This document shows, piece after piece, positions 12,500 to 27,615 of a DNA stretch of 64,000 nt. The stretch comes from Octopus bimaculoides (Eukaryota): the NCBI RefSeq assembly GCF_001194135.2, contig NC_068983.1, positions 86,927,857 to 86,991,856 on the forward strand, written 5' to 3'. How positions within the stretch are numbered: the first letter of the stretch is position 1; every line of letters starts with the position of its first letter. The notes beneath the pieces were generated by a model that was given only the letters and a program-made list of their open reading frames with translations, ran no database searches and was not told where the DNA came from. The position numbers were made by a program, and so were the translations under genes.

Positions 12500-12680
12500 G
12501 GCTTAAGAATTATTTCCTTTAGTTCAATGACACCAAATTTATGCTATGCTTCTCTTGTGGTCCAAGATCACTGCAACATGTCCATTACAATCACCAGCTA
12601 CACACTGGCATCAGATTTCTCCCTTCAACATGGAAATTCTCAATTTCTTGAAATAACTTCCTATAGATTACTTGTAAACA
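12500..12680 (-). mobile_element. Highly decayed LINE (RTE-like) endonuclease fragment
   Basis: The minus strand encodes VAGDCNGHV (about 12575-12602), like the APE motif GDFNGHV; surrounded by stops. Confidence 0.4.
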
Positions 12681-15600
12681 ACTCTTTTCCCTTTCTCGAA
12701 GAGTAAATTTTGCTTAAATTTTAGGTTATGTAATTCAATTCAGAACAGCAATCACATTTAAATACGAATAGTATTGTTTTAAGCCAACAGAATTTCAATT
12801 TAGTAAACACCTTGCCTCATTAAAACTTATTTATACTTTGTGTTGTATGACCAACAGAATGAATTTTTATGAGTTTCCAATAGACCATTCAGTTCACTGC
12901 ATATTTCCAATAGCCAGTGATATGGAAATGTTTATATACTTCAGAGTGGAATAAATACAAGAGTACATTGCTTCAACTGCAATTTTCCTCCTTGATGTAA
13001 ACAGACACAACCTACAAGCTTCCATACAACTTCTGTAGTCAGGATAGAAGACACTTGCCCAAGATGCCATACAATAGGTCAATGTGGAAATGCAAACATT
13101 GTGAAACAAACTTCTTAACTACAAAACATCTTTACAAGTCTTTCTCAAAGTAGGGTGTGTAAGTTACTTTTATATGTGTGAATACAAACTAAATTTGTTT
13201 ATAATGAGGCACACTTTTTAAAATTCAAAATGGAGTATAAAACAAAAAAGGAAGCTTGAAAAACTGCTTTACACAAATCATTTGCTTCATTTTTCAGAAA
13301 CACATCAGACCTTCCTGCCTATGGAGGAATCATATTACTTGTTTCTTCAAACATCATATTCTAACTGGCCTTGAAACTCCCTTGCAAAATATTTAAATAT
13401 TTTCAGTATAGATGCAGGAATAACCATATGGTTAATAAGCTTGTTTGGCATTGACAAGGTATCTTGTACATGACCAGACAGAAACCAGTCAGACTGTAGC
13501 TTTCTTGACTGATAAACATAATTTATCCTCTTGTCTGACACCAGACCTCAGTTGTATTATCAAGTGAAACATTGTTGCCCCAAAGATCAGGATTAAATCA
13601 TGGTTTCTTGCTCCCAATAATCACAGGGGCTTTACCAAAGGTTGTGAACAATACCCTTCATATTTCTTAAAACACTGATAAAAAAAAATATTTAAGTATG
13701 CTTTAGAGAGATCTATAAACAGGGAAAATCTTCCTAAATTAATTACTTGCAATAGCCATAGACGACTTCATCTGTGTCTCCAATTTTGTTCAATAGTTAA
13801 GGTATACTCTATACAATATACGAAACAAATGCTAGCTATTTATTGAACACATTACAACAGCAGATAATACTTTGGTATTAGCTCTCTGAAAAAAATACAG
13901 GTAAATTTATAGCTATTAATATAATTTGTTTTGGTTTCTATCACAGGAAATGCTTATAAATTTTAATAAAAAATACGACTCTCCATGACATAATATCTCA
14001 CACACACACAATATAAACATTAGCATACATATTTTATATATATATATACGTATGTGTGCAAACACATTATCAAATGAGACAAAAAAGAAATTGGACTCAA
14101 AGCATGTCAACTCTCATATTCTCAAAACTAGCAGTACAACTGATGAAATTAACTTTTTTATAAATAAAAATACTGAAAGAAAGAAAAAAGGTAATTTTTC
14201 AGTATTTTGTGAAGAGTGAATATATGGCTTATATCAATGAGCAGTTAAATTATAATTTCATAATACAAGACAAATCTGAGACTGTATCACTTAGCTGTCC
14301 TAAAAAGTTTAAAATCATGCAAGGACCAAAACTAGACGTATGTTTCTGGCTCCAATAAAGTACAGCAGAATTGGCTTGCTTAATGTGTATTTTATCTGGA
14401 AAAAAAATATATATACCTGATTAATTTTATAGCTTCCTTTTTAAACCTACCATTTAAAATAGCTTCAGAAAAAAAAAAAACAATTATGTATGAAATAAAT
14501 CATTAAATATTTATAAGCTCTGAAGTTTTCACACTGATTTTTTTTTTTTAATTACAAATTAGATACTAAAAAGTATTGTAACAAGTTAATGTATAATAAA
14601 AATTCCACTGAAAATGATGCTGTATGGCAAATAGAAATGTTATTACATAAAACTACCTAAGAAACAGAATACCAAACCAAAATGACTGACTAGTCTGTGA
14701 CAACAGCATTAACTGACGTTAGTATTGTCTAAATAGGAAATTGCTGCACTTGTATTTTAGCCAACTTATTTACATTTCAATTTTGAACATTTTTATAGAT
14801 AACTAAACAAAAGCATTGTTTGCAACATTTATAAATATTAATTCCATATATTTCTGAAATTGTAGCAATGAGAATGAGACATTATCAGAGACTAAAACTT
14901 AACAGTTTCAAATTTTGGCACAAGGCCAGCAGTTTTTTTTNNNNNNNNNNNNNNNNNNNNACTAGAACATGGCTGGTACTTATTTTATCAATCCCAAAAG
15001 GATGAAAGGTAAAGTCAACCTTGGTGGAATTTGAACTTAAAATGTAAAGATGGACAAAATGACACAGAGTTTTGTCTGGTATAATTCTGCCAGTTTGCTG
15101 CCCTATTAGAATACAATAAAAGAAATTTGCTGACTACTGGAAACCAATTTTTAGTATAGGGAATCAAGAGGGAAAAAAATCAATAGCTTAAAATTAAGCT
15201 CTTATCTTTTCACACTATAACAACAAATTGAAAATACCGAGTTATAACAAAGTTATTGATTTTCTCAAAAGTATGGTATGTTTCTATATTGCCAAAGATA
15301 AAATATTTCAAAATGTTAATATATAGAGATTGACTATTCTAATTAAGCCCATCTTTATACTGAATATTTTCTTTTAAAATTTACTAACTGTAGTGTGGAT
15401 GCTACACTATTCCAACATCAACTAAAAATTTATCAGACCAAGAGCTCAATGAACTGAGTTTTATACACACACACACACAGAATTTCAAAGATATACATAT
15501 TTTGGTTTTTCAATAAAAAAAATTAAATCAAAACATCATAAACATGTAAGGTAACAAGAAACATTTGGTCTAACACATTAAAACTCGCTTTGGAAAGGGT

Positions 15601-15954
15601 AATTTCTACTTGCAGTACTGTCCGTTTTGATTCAATGAAGAATTAATTACTACCACATAGCTCCTAACCAAACAGTAACAGCTGTCAAAGATGAAAATAT
15701 AAGAACAATCATTCATAACAGCTAGTGTATAGTCTGGATATAAAAGTTCTAATTAAAAATTTAAAAGTTAGCCAGTTTGATAACATCTCATCAATTTTAA
15801 TATGAAGCCCATAAGCATTCAACATTATCAGGAAATTAAGCTTTTGAGCAAACAATCAAATCTTGATAACCTCACATAATTTTCTTCTACTTTAACTGCA
15901 AGAGAAATTCAACCCAGCTTTTGAGTGCATAATCCTGTATGTATATATATATAT

Positions 15955-15988
<34 letters not shown>

Positions 15989-18900
15989 GTACACATGAAA
16001 TAAAAAGTAGCACATCAACAATAAACTTGTAGCTATACACTATGCAAATAACTTTTTATTATTATTAAAAGGAAAAGGTAATGATTAAATGTTATTTTAT
16101 TTTGTTATAATATGAAATGCTTATAATGTGTTATATAATTTGTTATTAAAAAAAATAATTAAAAGCAGACACTAAAGCCGCTTTTAATTACAACTTTGAT
16201 TTCTGTTAAAAACTTACTTGGCAGCTGGAACAAGGGGCAGGTAATTTCTCCCACAAGCTGGCTAAGGGGTTAATAATTATTTAAATTAATTGGTAGAGAG
16301 ATGATAAAAGTGAGAGTTCGTTTTTAGAAAATATGTTCCCTTAAAAGATATGTCAGGGAAAAATAGATAAAAATAAGAGTCATATTGTATAATCCAAAAA
16401 TTACCTCTTAAAATAATTCATCCTGTGCAAGATATTTATGTTGTCTATTTACTATTTCAAAATAAAAATGTAGATTAACAAGAGAATTCATTCAAATATT
16501 TGATAGAACCTCTAGTCATAGTCATTGTTTTTCTTTGGACAAAAACACTAAGGCAATAATACAAAAATATTTTCAAACATTCTGGTTAAATATTCAGCTC
16601 CCATAGGAAGGAAATCTAATTGGTTTTCAAAAATCTACTAGTAAGGCCTATAAAGTGCTTGCTGCCCAAAACCATTAGTTGCAACTAATAAGAAATGTGC
16701 ATTTCCAAGAATGCAGTGAAGAAAATATCTAAAATGCACACTTAAAATTATCTAAATTTGACAAGTCATGGCAACCTAAAATAACTCCATAAATATAACA
16801 TTTGTATGATGTTTTAACAAACAGTTCCATCTTTTTCTACTAACTCCAGTAAAAGAAAAAATCACAACCCCATGTTTTGACATTAAATAAACATTACATA
16901 CCATTTTGCTAAAATAAGTGCAGTATCACCAGCTAAAATTATAACAGATTAAAAGTTTATTATTCTAACATACTCTGAATCAGAAAAGATGAAAAGAATG
17001 AGTAATAGTTTCAGAATGGCACAACAGGCACCACTAAATGATAAAACATCTTTCATGACAACCATGATGTACTGGAGATCAATGATAAGCAATGTAATAT
17101 AAAAAAATGTAAATGATCCACAAATATCTCATTCTAAGACAGCTCTAAAGCTAAATGTGACCAACTGATAGAATGCATGAAAGATATACATTGAGAGAAG
17201 TATGTATTTGCTAATGACAATCAATTTGTAGAATTATACCTCATTAAAATTCATATAGCACAACTAATATTCAGTACCTAAAATACAACAGAAAGCTCTT
17301 AACATTTAATCATAACTTATGTTGAAATCAAAATTTTTTTAAATCAATTTAAAAAAAAAAACTAACACATTTTATCAATATGAATGATTAACAATTGCTT
17401 GAAACAACTGACACTTGCCTTGTAATGTTTTCTCCAAATTCTGGTAGGAAAAAATAAAGCTACTTTTATGCCATGTGCTTCAGTTAAAATTAGGGAGGGT
17501 CCAAAGGAGTGTTAATGAGATTCATATGCCAGTAATGTGACAAGTGAATCCAAGGTAAAACTTTCCGTTCATCATATAACACATAAATATATTTTATAGC
17601 TGGATACCCTTCTTGATATCAAAGTGGAAATGGTGTCTCTCTTTTTCCATTGATGCAACAAAAGGAATGTTAAGTTGAAATTTCAACAAGCTGTAAACAA
17701 TGTTACTGTGTTACCAATTAGTAAAAATCCCATTCAAAAGTGGTTTGCTTTTTTAATGGGTTACACATAGTGATTCTCTAATCCATATATTTTCTTAAGA
17801 AACAATTTTCCAACTGACACTTAACATTACATTAAATACTTTGGCATAGTGACTATTAATTGTTGATAAAGGAGAATTTCTAAAACCAACATAACATAAG
17901 CTAAGAGGCAAGAGCTATATTGTTACAGTGGTGGAAAGAAGAAACTGCTAAAAATGAGCAAGTTTAAGTTGATACATTTGTTTCATAGATCAATACAAAA
18001 TGAAACAGAATACAAAAATATTGTTTCCACATACTTCAATATTAAACAAATCTAATGCCCTTACAGATTACATTGTTCTACACATTTCATAATAACCCGG
18101 TTAATTTTCTGAAACTTTAAATGTTCACTAAAACTAATCTATATTGAAAAATATTACAATTTCATCACTTATTTTAATATAAAACCAAAGAGATTATAAG
18201 CAATTATTATTTTAAAGATATAAAACATATACTCTATAATTAACAAAATTCTCCCACATAAATATCTTCATTTTGTTAGGAAATATTACATCTTGTCTTT
18301 TTATACCTGCAATTTGTATGTGCTACAAAAGAAATATACATCAAAATTCAAATGTTTTCTATTAAAAACATTTCTCAAATATATTACATTCACTTAGCTC
18401 ATACCAAAATCACATGGCAAAGGAATCATACATTATAACAATACTGAAATTATATTGAAAGCTGCAAAACAAATTTAACCTTTCAGCAAATAGAGGAAAA
18501 ATGAAGACAATACTCTGATTAAATGCCTAAGTCAGCAAGCTAAAATAAGTATCGACTCCATAAATAACTATACTTGAATATATTCATTTAATTAAATGGA
18601 AAGAAAATTTTAGTATAAAAATTTATTAAATAAGAGAGTAACTCAAGATATTTTGTTATGTGAGTAATTTTTGAAAATACGTCAATTCAAGGGAGGGGAA
18701 AAAAGCTATTTTGAACCAAGTTCAGTAGGTTTTTCACTACAGCTAACACAAGAAACTATGTAGCAGTAAAGTAAAGATGTTTACTATGGGTGTTTCTAAA
18801 CAAATTCCAAAGTGCAGAGAAATGCATTCTCAGGGATAACTTTAAAAAAGTGAAAAATTCCTGGCAGTATTTTTCCCCTAATTACTATATATAATACTAG

Positions 18901-21287
18901 TTTCTTTTTTCTTTTTCAGGGGAGGGGGGGTTTTTTCTCCTATTTTAAATTTCTAATCACATTTTTCAAAATACATTATATTGTATTTTTTTAGAATCAA
19001 TTTTTGTTAGAATAACAATTGACTGACTTGACTCCAGTCCTAATAAAGACATAGAAAATACATAAATCTAAAGATTTTTTTCTTTTCAAATTACCTATTT
19101 TCATTTTTTAAAAATTCAGAATATTAGTATTCCATACTTAACAAATAAACAGAGAAAAAGTAGACATTTAAGCCCTTAAAACATTTGCTTGGGTGATTGG
19201 TATTTTTCTTTTGGGTTTTGCGGGAGATTTTTTTCCAATAACATTAAGGCAGAAGGGAGCATTACAATAAGTTAGTCATTTCCTAAAGATGTAAAATACG
19301 AAATAAAATTAGTAACTCATAAATTAATATTTAAGTAAGTAGTAAATCCTCCTCAAATAAGCAAATTCAATTATCAAATAAATACAGAGGATACGACATG
19401 GTTAAAATTTAATCAAAATAATTCTTAAATGAAATAAGCGAATCTTAAATATCAAATTTTAGTTGTTATGTATTAAGTTGCATTATTCTGTAACAGTGAA
19501 ATATAGTTGTATGGGAATATAACTTCAACACCAGATGTCATGAAAGTATTATCACAGTTTTATGATACAAAAAAAAATTGAAATAAATGAACCCTTTTAA
19601 GTTAAATTTGGGCCATAATAAATCTATTACTCTTTTTGCAATTTTGCAGCAAATCTTTTAGAAAAATTATAATTAAGAAATAAATTTATAAAGAGAAAGT
19701 ATCAGCCTTAGGGATCAATTGCAACTAGGAACATGTACCATCATCTCTCTAATAATTCTTCTGGAGAACATCTTCCAACAATATTGGAATATAATTTTGA
19801 TCTAATTCAAAATTTGAATCCAGCAACAGATATAATTTTGCCATATTTTTCATACATTTTTAAATGATCTTTAAAATTAGAAAACATAGTATGTCATCTA
19901 TTTGAATGTTTTAAGGTGTACATTAACTACAAAGCTAAGCTACAATTTATTATCAGCCTTACCATTTAATATTATTGTTGCTATTTATAATAGTCAGAAG
20001 GTGCTAAGAAAGTTGGTTGAAAACATCTTCAGCAGCTATAATTTAATAAAATAGAAGTAGTTTTAATCATGGAGAGACAAAAATATTACTAAGGAGGTGT
20101 TGTTAAAAACTACTAATTAAAAAGTGCTGAGTTAACATTTGCAGATAAATTTACATATAACAAAATACACATAAGGTTTTGCAATGACAAAAAAAAAAAA
20201 AATAATAAATAAATCACAGAATTTAAAAGAAAAAAAAAATGGACCAAAATTGTTGTTAAATTCAAATAACTGTATAAAATGAAGTTAGATCTAAGATGGC
20301 TTGGTTAAGAAATTATTAGAGAGATTGCAGTAAATATACACTAGATTAAGACACTTGTGATAAATAACTGGGTCAAATATAGTCATTTCACCCAATGGAT
20401 TATGTGTGTGTGTAATAGAAATGTAAACAGTCAGACCAGCAACAAATTGTCTCTCACTTCGAACCTGTCAGCAACAAAAGGAACATACTGTTGACTACAA
20501 ATCAGAAGTAGAAATGAGTGCAAAAATTTATACAAGATGCATTCAAGTCAAAACTGACAACAGTTAACTAAATATTTGTAGCTTGCTATTTCTTTAAACA
20601 AGAAACAGCAGGGAAAAGTTTGGGATTAGGGCAAGGGGAATTGCAGGATTACAGGTGCAGATACTTTTTAGACAATATCTTTCAAAGTATTTAAAAACAT
20701 GGGGAGATTATTACAGTCCTACACCCTGCAACTCTACAATAAAAATGTGCAACATGAAAATTTTGTTTAGTCTTAATGTCTGTTTTTATTGTTTTGTTTT
20801 TGTTATTTTTTTTTCTGCTTTTTATGTTTGGTATATGGAAAGTGAAAACCATAAGGATAGAACAAAATGATTGTGATGTGTTAGGGACAGAGAGAAAAGC
20901 CAAAAAAAATGTACAAAAATGTGAAAAAGGAAGACAAGGTACCAAAATTGAATTAGTTAAAGCAAAAGATGTTAAAGAAACAAGGGCAAATCAAAATGAT
21001 CACACAAGCAAGTGGTAAATGATAAGAAACTAATAATTATTAACATGATGTAAGGACAATGTACATTGCAAATATGAAAAACTAATTTCCTGGGCATTTT
21101 GTTAGATTTGTTGTTTTTTTTTTGTGTATTCTTAAGGAGTGGAAGGGGGAGTGATTTTACGTGGACGTTCTAAATGTGTTGTGAGAAAAGAGAAAACAAA
21201 TTCAATCTGTTGAGATTTGCTGCCACCCTGAGAAGTCTAATATGCCAGTTGCATGTTTACCAGCTCATTTTAATTTTCAATAATTCT

Positions 21288-21498
21288 CTAGTTAACTTCC
21301 TGTTGATTACTAGAGTCATCAGAATCACAATCATCAGAATAATGTTCTGAAGGGGTTTCTACATGATTTCCCCGTGAGGGAACTTGATTTAAAAAATCCT
21401 GCCCAATAGGAGTTAGTACATCTTTAAAGTCATTGCTTCGACAACCATTGTCAGGAAGTGGGGTCGCCAGAGGAGAACTGGGAGCCAAAGTTTTACAC
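21288..21498 (-). CDS. TFDP1: DP exon 12, terminal (CKTLAPSSP...[29 protein letters not shown])
   Basis: tttattttttag| acceptor in phase 2; VETP plus acidic tail as in recalled TFDP1 SGSRVETPVSYVGEDDEEDDD. Confidence 0.85.
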
Positions 21499-22752
21499 CT
21501 AAAAAATAAAGTATAAATAAAATGTAGTAAGATGTTTTCCAACATATTACAGAATTCTCCAAATACATCAGCACAGCCTTGAGATTAAAGTAATAAATTT
21601 AAAACAAGCTTCTTCAACTCCATTTGATTTAATAATGTCCACTTTTTAAAAAATTTCTGGCAAGATAACACAGCTGAAATATCACTAAAATCATCCTTTA
21701 CAAAATGCTTATATTGTTAGTTCTTAAAGATCTCAAAGAGCATCCAGCACAAAAATGCTACAGCCTCCCCCCCTCCCTTTTTTTTTTTACAAAACAATGA
21801 CTCATCAAAAAACAGATACAACTGCCAATGCATAAACCTCAAGGGGTTTATTGCTCCATTGGAACCTGCACCAATTACATATAATGTTGAAAGATATTTT
21901 AAATCAGTCCCACAAAGAGATTAAACAAACAAAATATGGAAAATTAATCATTGAAATTACTAGTTAGAGAATTGCTACCAAAACGTTAATCAGTTTGATG
22001 GCAATTTTAAATTGATCTTAAAAAGCTATGTCAATGGTCATAATTAAAATGAATGCTTTAATAATGCTTAATAGCATAGTAGGATACAAACTCACTATCC
22101 TCTTAGCTAATTAAATGCCTTAAAAATAAATTAGAAATAAAAAAACATACAAGAAACCTTTAAGATTTCATCAGTATTTTTTCTTTTCCCAGTAAAGTGT
22201 GAACAAATACATACCCCCGATGAAAAGATGTATCAGTATTTCCACCAACTGGTGATATACCAGTAGGATTAATACACAATGTCCCAGCAGTACCAGCTTC
22301 AGTCAATCCTGAAATAAGTGAAAAGTTACCTTAAGACAAAATGGCACATCTGGAAAATGAAATGTGCAAGAGAAATGTCCCACCACCAACAAATAAGATA
22401 TTGTACGATTTTGCCCTCACTTCCAATTATTTTATATCATTAAAGGCACAGGTACATAGTTTTTAATTTAGTCCCAAAGGGTGGCACCTTGGACAAGTGT
22501 CTTCTATTATAGCCCCCAGACTGATCAAAGCCTTGTGAATCATTATCATCATCATCGTTTAACGTCCGCTTTCCATGCTAGCATGGGTTGGACGATTTGA
22601 CTGAGGACTGGTGAAACCGGATGGCAACACCAGGCCCCAGTCTGATTTGGCAGAGTTTCTACAGCTGGATGCCCTTCCTAACGCCAACCACTCAGAGAGT
22701 GTAGTGGGTGCTTTTACGTGTCACCCGGTAAACAGAAACCAAAAGAAGCCCC

Positions 22753-22796
<44 letters not shown>

Positions 22797-23156
22797 NNNN
22801 NNNNNNNNNNNNNNNNNNNNNNNNNNNNNNNNNNNNNNNNNNNNNNNNNNNNNNNNNNNNNNNGTTTCACAGAAAAAAATATATAAATATATAGTTTTAG
22901 AGAAAAGAACCGAAGTTCATGAACCTATCCATGAAAATCCAGTCACATATAGAAAAATTAATAAGTAAAAGCACAATAAATAAGTATAATATAATACAAA
23001 GTAAATATCATAAGATAAAGATAATAAAACGACTTATGTATTTACTTTGTATTATATTATACTTATTTATCGTGCTTTTACTTATTAATTTTTCTGTATG
23101 TGACTGGATTTTCATGGATTAGTTCATGAACTTTGGTTCTTTTCTCTAAAACTATA

Positions 23157-23205
<49 letters not shown>

Positions 23206-26200
23206 ATCATCTCAATATCTACATTTCCAGGCTCGTCTGGATCAGATGAGATAGTGTGTGTGTGCTTGTGTGAGTAAGTTTATATTTCCCTTGTTTTCAC
23301 GTGTCCACTGATTGTAAAGTAAAGCCTTACTGACTGTTTTGGATGGTGTAATTTGCTTGCAGTCTAGTACAAAAGCATGTCCAGGATTCTTGATATGCTG
23401 CATGATTTTAGCAAACATAAGGCTTGATCATATTGTGTTATTTGTTGCCAGTTTTGTATGTAAAACATCCAGGTTGTTTGACAGACTAGACTATTACCTC
23501 ACTTAGAAACAGACTAAGAGTGGCATTGGACTGTAAAGAAAACTTTGGCCAAACATACCTTTATCTGACCCATGTAAGCATGGAAAAGTAGACATTAAAA
23601 GATAGATATTTAGTTTCCATTTACACTTTGTTAAACTAGTTCTGATTATGTTTTTTAATATTTCTTCAGGTGTTGAAAATACTAGGAAAAATATTTTACT
23701 TTTTATATTTTATTAGATAACAGACAACCAAATATAAAATATTTTGATCATTAGTAACTATAAAGTTTGAAAGAGTTCTGTGGATTACTGATAAACACAA
23801 AAGAAAATCTACATTAAAGTAACTACATTTGTATTTCTGTCAACAATTGAAAATGAGTGAAAACAAGAAATTGATAAAAATGTAAATAAATGGAACCAGC
23901 AATTTCATGCAAAAAAAAGAAAAAACTCCAAGGACCGCTCTACATGATCTCAAACTACTAGAAATAGCAGCTAAATGCCACTCACATTACATCCTAATTA
24001 TTACAAACACCACATATTTAACATACAGGTTATTTAAATGCCAGAAGCTAAAGAATATCATCCAGGGAAAAAATCCTGTATCAAGTGAAATTGTAGTCAT
24101 GGCCGAAGCCAGTGCCATCTGACTCGCATCTATGCTGGTGGCACGTAAAAAGCACTGTTCGAGTGTTGAGCCTCGGAGACAGTAACATGTGACCAAGACC
24201 TTTCGCGATATACCATTCTGGTGTTGACCTGTTAAACCAAGTGAGACCATAGTCGTGGCTGATGTGGGTGTCAGGTCAATGGCACGTAAAAAACCCCCAC
24301 TACTCTTGGAGTGGTTGGCATTAGGAAGGGGATCCAACCATAGAAACCTTGCCATATCAGATTGGAACCTGATGCAGACACCTGGCTTACAGCTTTCAGT
24401 CAAACCAGCCAACCCATGCCAGCATGGAAAGCTGACATTAAATGATGATGGTGATGAAACAATATACTCAGAGATGTGATCACTTCTGGAGAGGTTTCAT
24501 TTGACCTAGTTCTGAAGTATATTGTTTTGCTAATGTTACACATCTTTTAATCTTTTAGTGTCCAAACTGGTCATATCGGGCCAAAATGTTCTACCTGTTT
24601 TATGCTCAAACTGGCCAGATCTGGCATCTCAGACCTACCCCATAATGTCATTGTAAATATAAGCAGTCACATCAAAATCTCAAAGCTACAACTTAATGCA
24701 TAATAAATAAGTATTACATTTGCCAGTAAAGGCACAAGGCCCAGTGATTAGAGCATCGGGCTCACAATCATGAGGTAGTGAGTTCAATTCTCAAACCAGG
24801 TTGTGTGTTGTGTTCTTGCTTAAGACACTATTTCACATTGCTCCAGTTCACTCAGCTGTAGAAATGAGTTGCGACGTCACTAGTGTCAATCTGTATCAGC
24901 CATTGCCTTTCATTTCGATAACATGGACATCAAAGACTGGTATCTATGGGCGACTGCTAGCCTTTCATAAACAACCTTGCCTCAGAGGATAACTTTCTAG
25001 GTGCAATCCTATGGTCATTCATGACCGACGGGAGTCTTTATCCTTTACATCTAACAGAGATACCTGAATGCTAATAGGTTAAAGGAATTTTTTTGGACGA
25101 CAAGACTCCAGCTCCTGACATTTAAACAACATACATATATTAATTATGTGGGACTGATAATGTTTACATTATAGGGCTTCTATTGCATAATCTGCAACAA
25201 TCTTTATTATATCATGCATGTCAGAAGATAAAAAGAAACGATCACTGCTGAAATCTGTGGTCATAAATTAGTTTTCTTGATTGTATGACTGTAACAGGAA
25301 TAAAGCCAATGCTAGTATGATCTCCGTAGGACCATAGATAAGTTATAGCTACCTGAAACAGTTTGGAAATGTAAGAATATATTTACTTAACTGACTATCT
25401 TACTAACAATACATTAGCAAATCCCTGCCCCTGAACAGCTTAAATTCACTCTTTTCTGAGGAATGGCTCAGGGTTAAAAGCTCTACGTTCCAACCACATC
25501 ATCCCAGGTTCAATCCCATTGCATGGCACTTTGAGTAAGTGTCTTGTACCATAGCCTCAGGTTGGCCAATACTTCGAGTGAAGTTTTGTTAACAGAAACT
25601 ATGTGTCAGACCATTGTCTAAGTGTCAAATGTGTATTAACACAAGATTAAAAAATAAAAAAACCTAAAATTTTCAAAGAGAAATACTCTACAGTATTTAA
25701 GCCAATAAAATTATGTCACTTCGTTGATTTTGCATTTCACATCCTATGAACATAAAATAAATTACCCAAGTACTAGAGCCAACATAATCAAAAAGCCCCA
25801 ATCAAGATACTGAAACATGGCCAAAGAAAATATCCATGATTAGCTACAGGACCTCGGAGTTTGGTAAGAGAAAGGGATGAAACCACAAATCAAGAGTTGT
25901 AGTAGTAGGAAGAAGCAACACATTAAGAAATTGAGTTATCTGCAGCCTCAACAAATCCACCATCTAAGAACAGATACAGTCTGATGGATTTCCAGTTTCC
26001 GTATATACAGCATCTCTTAGGTAGCCACAAAGGGGATGGTAGAAGAGTATTACCCTCTTGCTCTGACACCTTTTCACCACTATCTCTTCTGTCTACCCTC
26101 TGGTGCTGGTGAACAACAAAAAAAAAAAAAAGATATCAGAGAAGAAAGGTTCTTTAACTTTACCAGAAGGAAGACAAATTCTTGAGTGCTGAATGATAAA

Positions 26201-27570
26201 ACATTCAGTACACTTTGTAAAACGGTTGGTACATAAATGGGGACAAAATAGTTACAGTGGACTCTTATTTAATCTTGCCACGATTAAACCAACACCTGTA
26301 GTGTTAGAGTGACAATACAATTCACCCAGTATAGTGGGTGAATTTAATTGAGATACAGAATCTATAAAGTGGTTGATGAAATATTGGAGATGACACAGAA
26401 GAGAGAGGGCCTTTAATCTTAACCCCATTAGTGCCCAATTTCTTTTATTTAATTTATTACCAAAAATCTTTTTTTATACAACTTTATCTGATACTAAATA
26501 TATAAAAAAAAAAATTTATTACAATATTTGAAAGACACTCCAGTCTTGATGACTGACTAAAAATATCTCAGAAAAATACAGGTGTTGCAGAAATATGATG
26601 GATTATCCTTCAGATCCTAAAAAAACTAATGGGTGAATGAGAATATAACAACTCTTTATTGACTGAGCCATGATAGAATGCACCCTATAAAATTACTGGC
26701 AACAGGAAGGACATCCAGCAACAGAAAACATGCCAAAAATGGAAAATCCANNNNNNNNNNNNNNNNNNNNNNNNNNNNNNNNNNNNNNNNNNNNNNNNNN
26801 NNNNNNNNNNNNNNNNNNNNNNNNNNNNNNNNNNNNNNNNNNNNNNNNNNNNNNNNNNNNNNNNNNNNNNNNNNNNNNNNNNNNNNNNNNNNNNNNNNNN
26901 NNNNNNNNNNNNNNNNNNNNNNNNNNNNNNNNNNNNNNNNNNNNNNNNNNNNNNNNNNNNNNNNNNNNNNNNNNNNNNNNNNNNNNNNNNNNNNNNNNNN
27001 NNNNNNNNNNNNNNNNNNNNNNNNNNNNNNNNNNNNNNNNNNNNNNNNNNNNNNNNNNNNNNNNNNNNNNNNNNNNNNNNNNNNNNNNNNNNNNNNNNNN
27101 NNNNNNNNNNNNNNNNNNNNNNNNNNNNNNNNNNNNNNNNNNNNNNNNNNNNNNNNNNNNNNNNNNNNNNNNNNNNNNNNNNNNNNNNNNNNNNNNNNNN
27201 NNNNNNNNNNNNNNNNNNNNNNNNNNNNNNNNNNNNNNNNNNNNNNNNNNNNNNNNNNNNNNNNNNNNNNNNNNNNNNNNNNNNNNNNNNNNNNNNNNNN
27301 NNNNNNNNNNNNNNNNNNNNNNNNNNNNNNNNNNNNNNNNNNNNNNNNNNNNNNNNNNNNNNNNNNNNNNNNNNNNNNNNNNNNNNNNNNNNNNNNNNNN
27401 NNNNNNNNNNNNNNNNNNNNNNNNNNNNNNNNNNNNNNNNNNNNNNNNNNNNNNNNNNNNNNNNNNNNNNNNNNNNNNNNNNNNNNNNNNNNNNNNNNNN
27501 NNNNNNNNNNNNNNNNNNNNNNNNNNNNNNNNNNNNNNNNNNNNNNNNNNNNNNNNNNNNNNNNNNNNNN

Positions 27571-27615
<45 letters not shown>

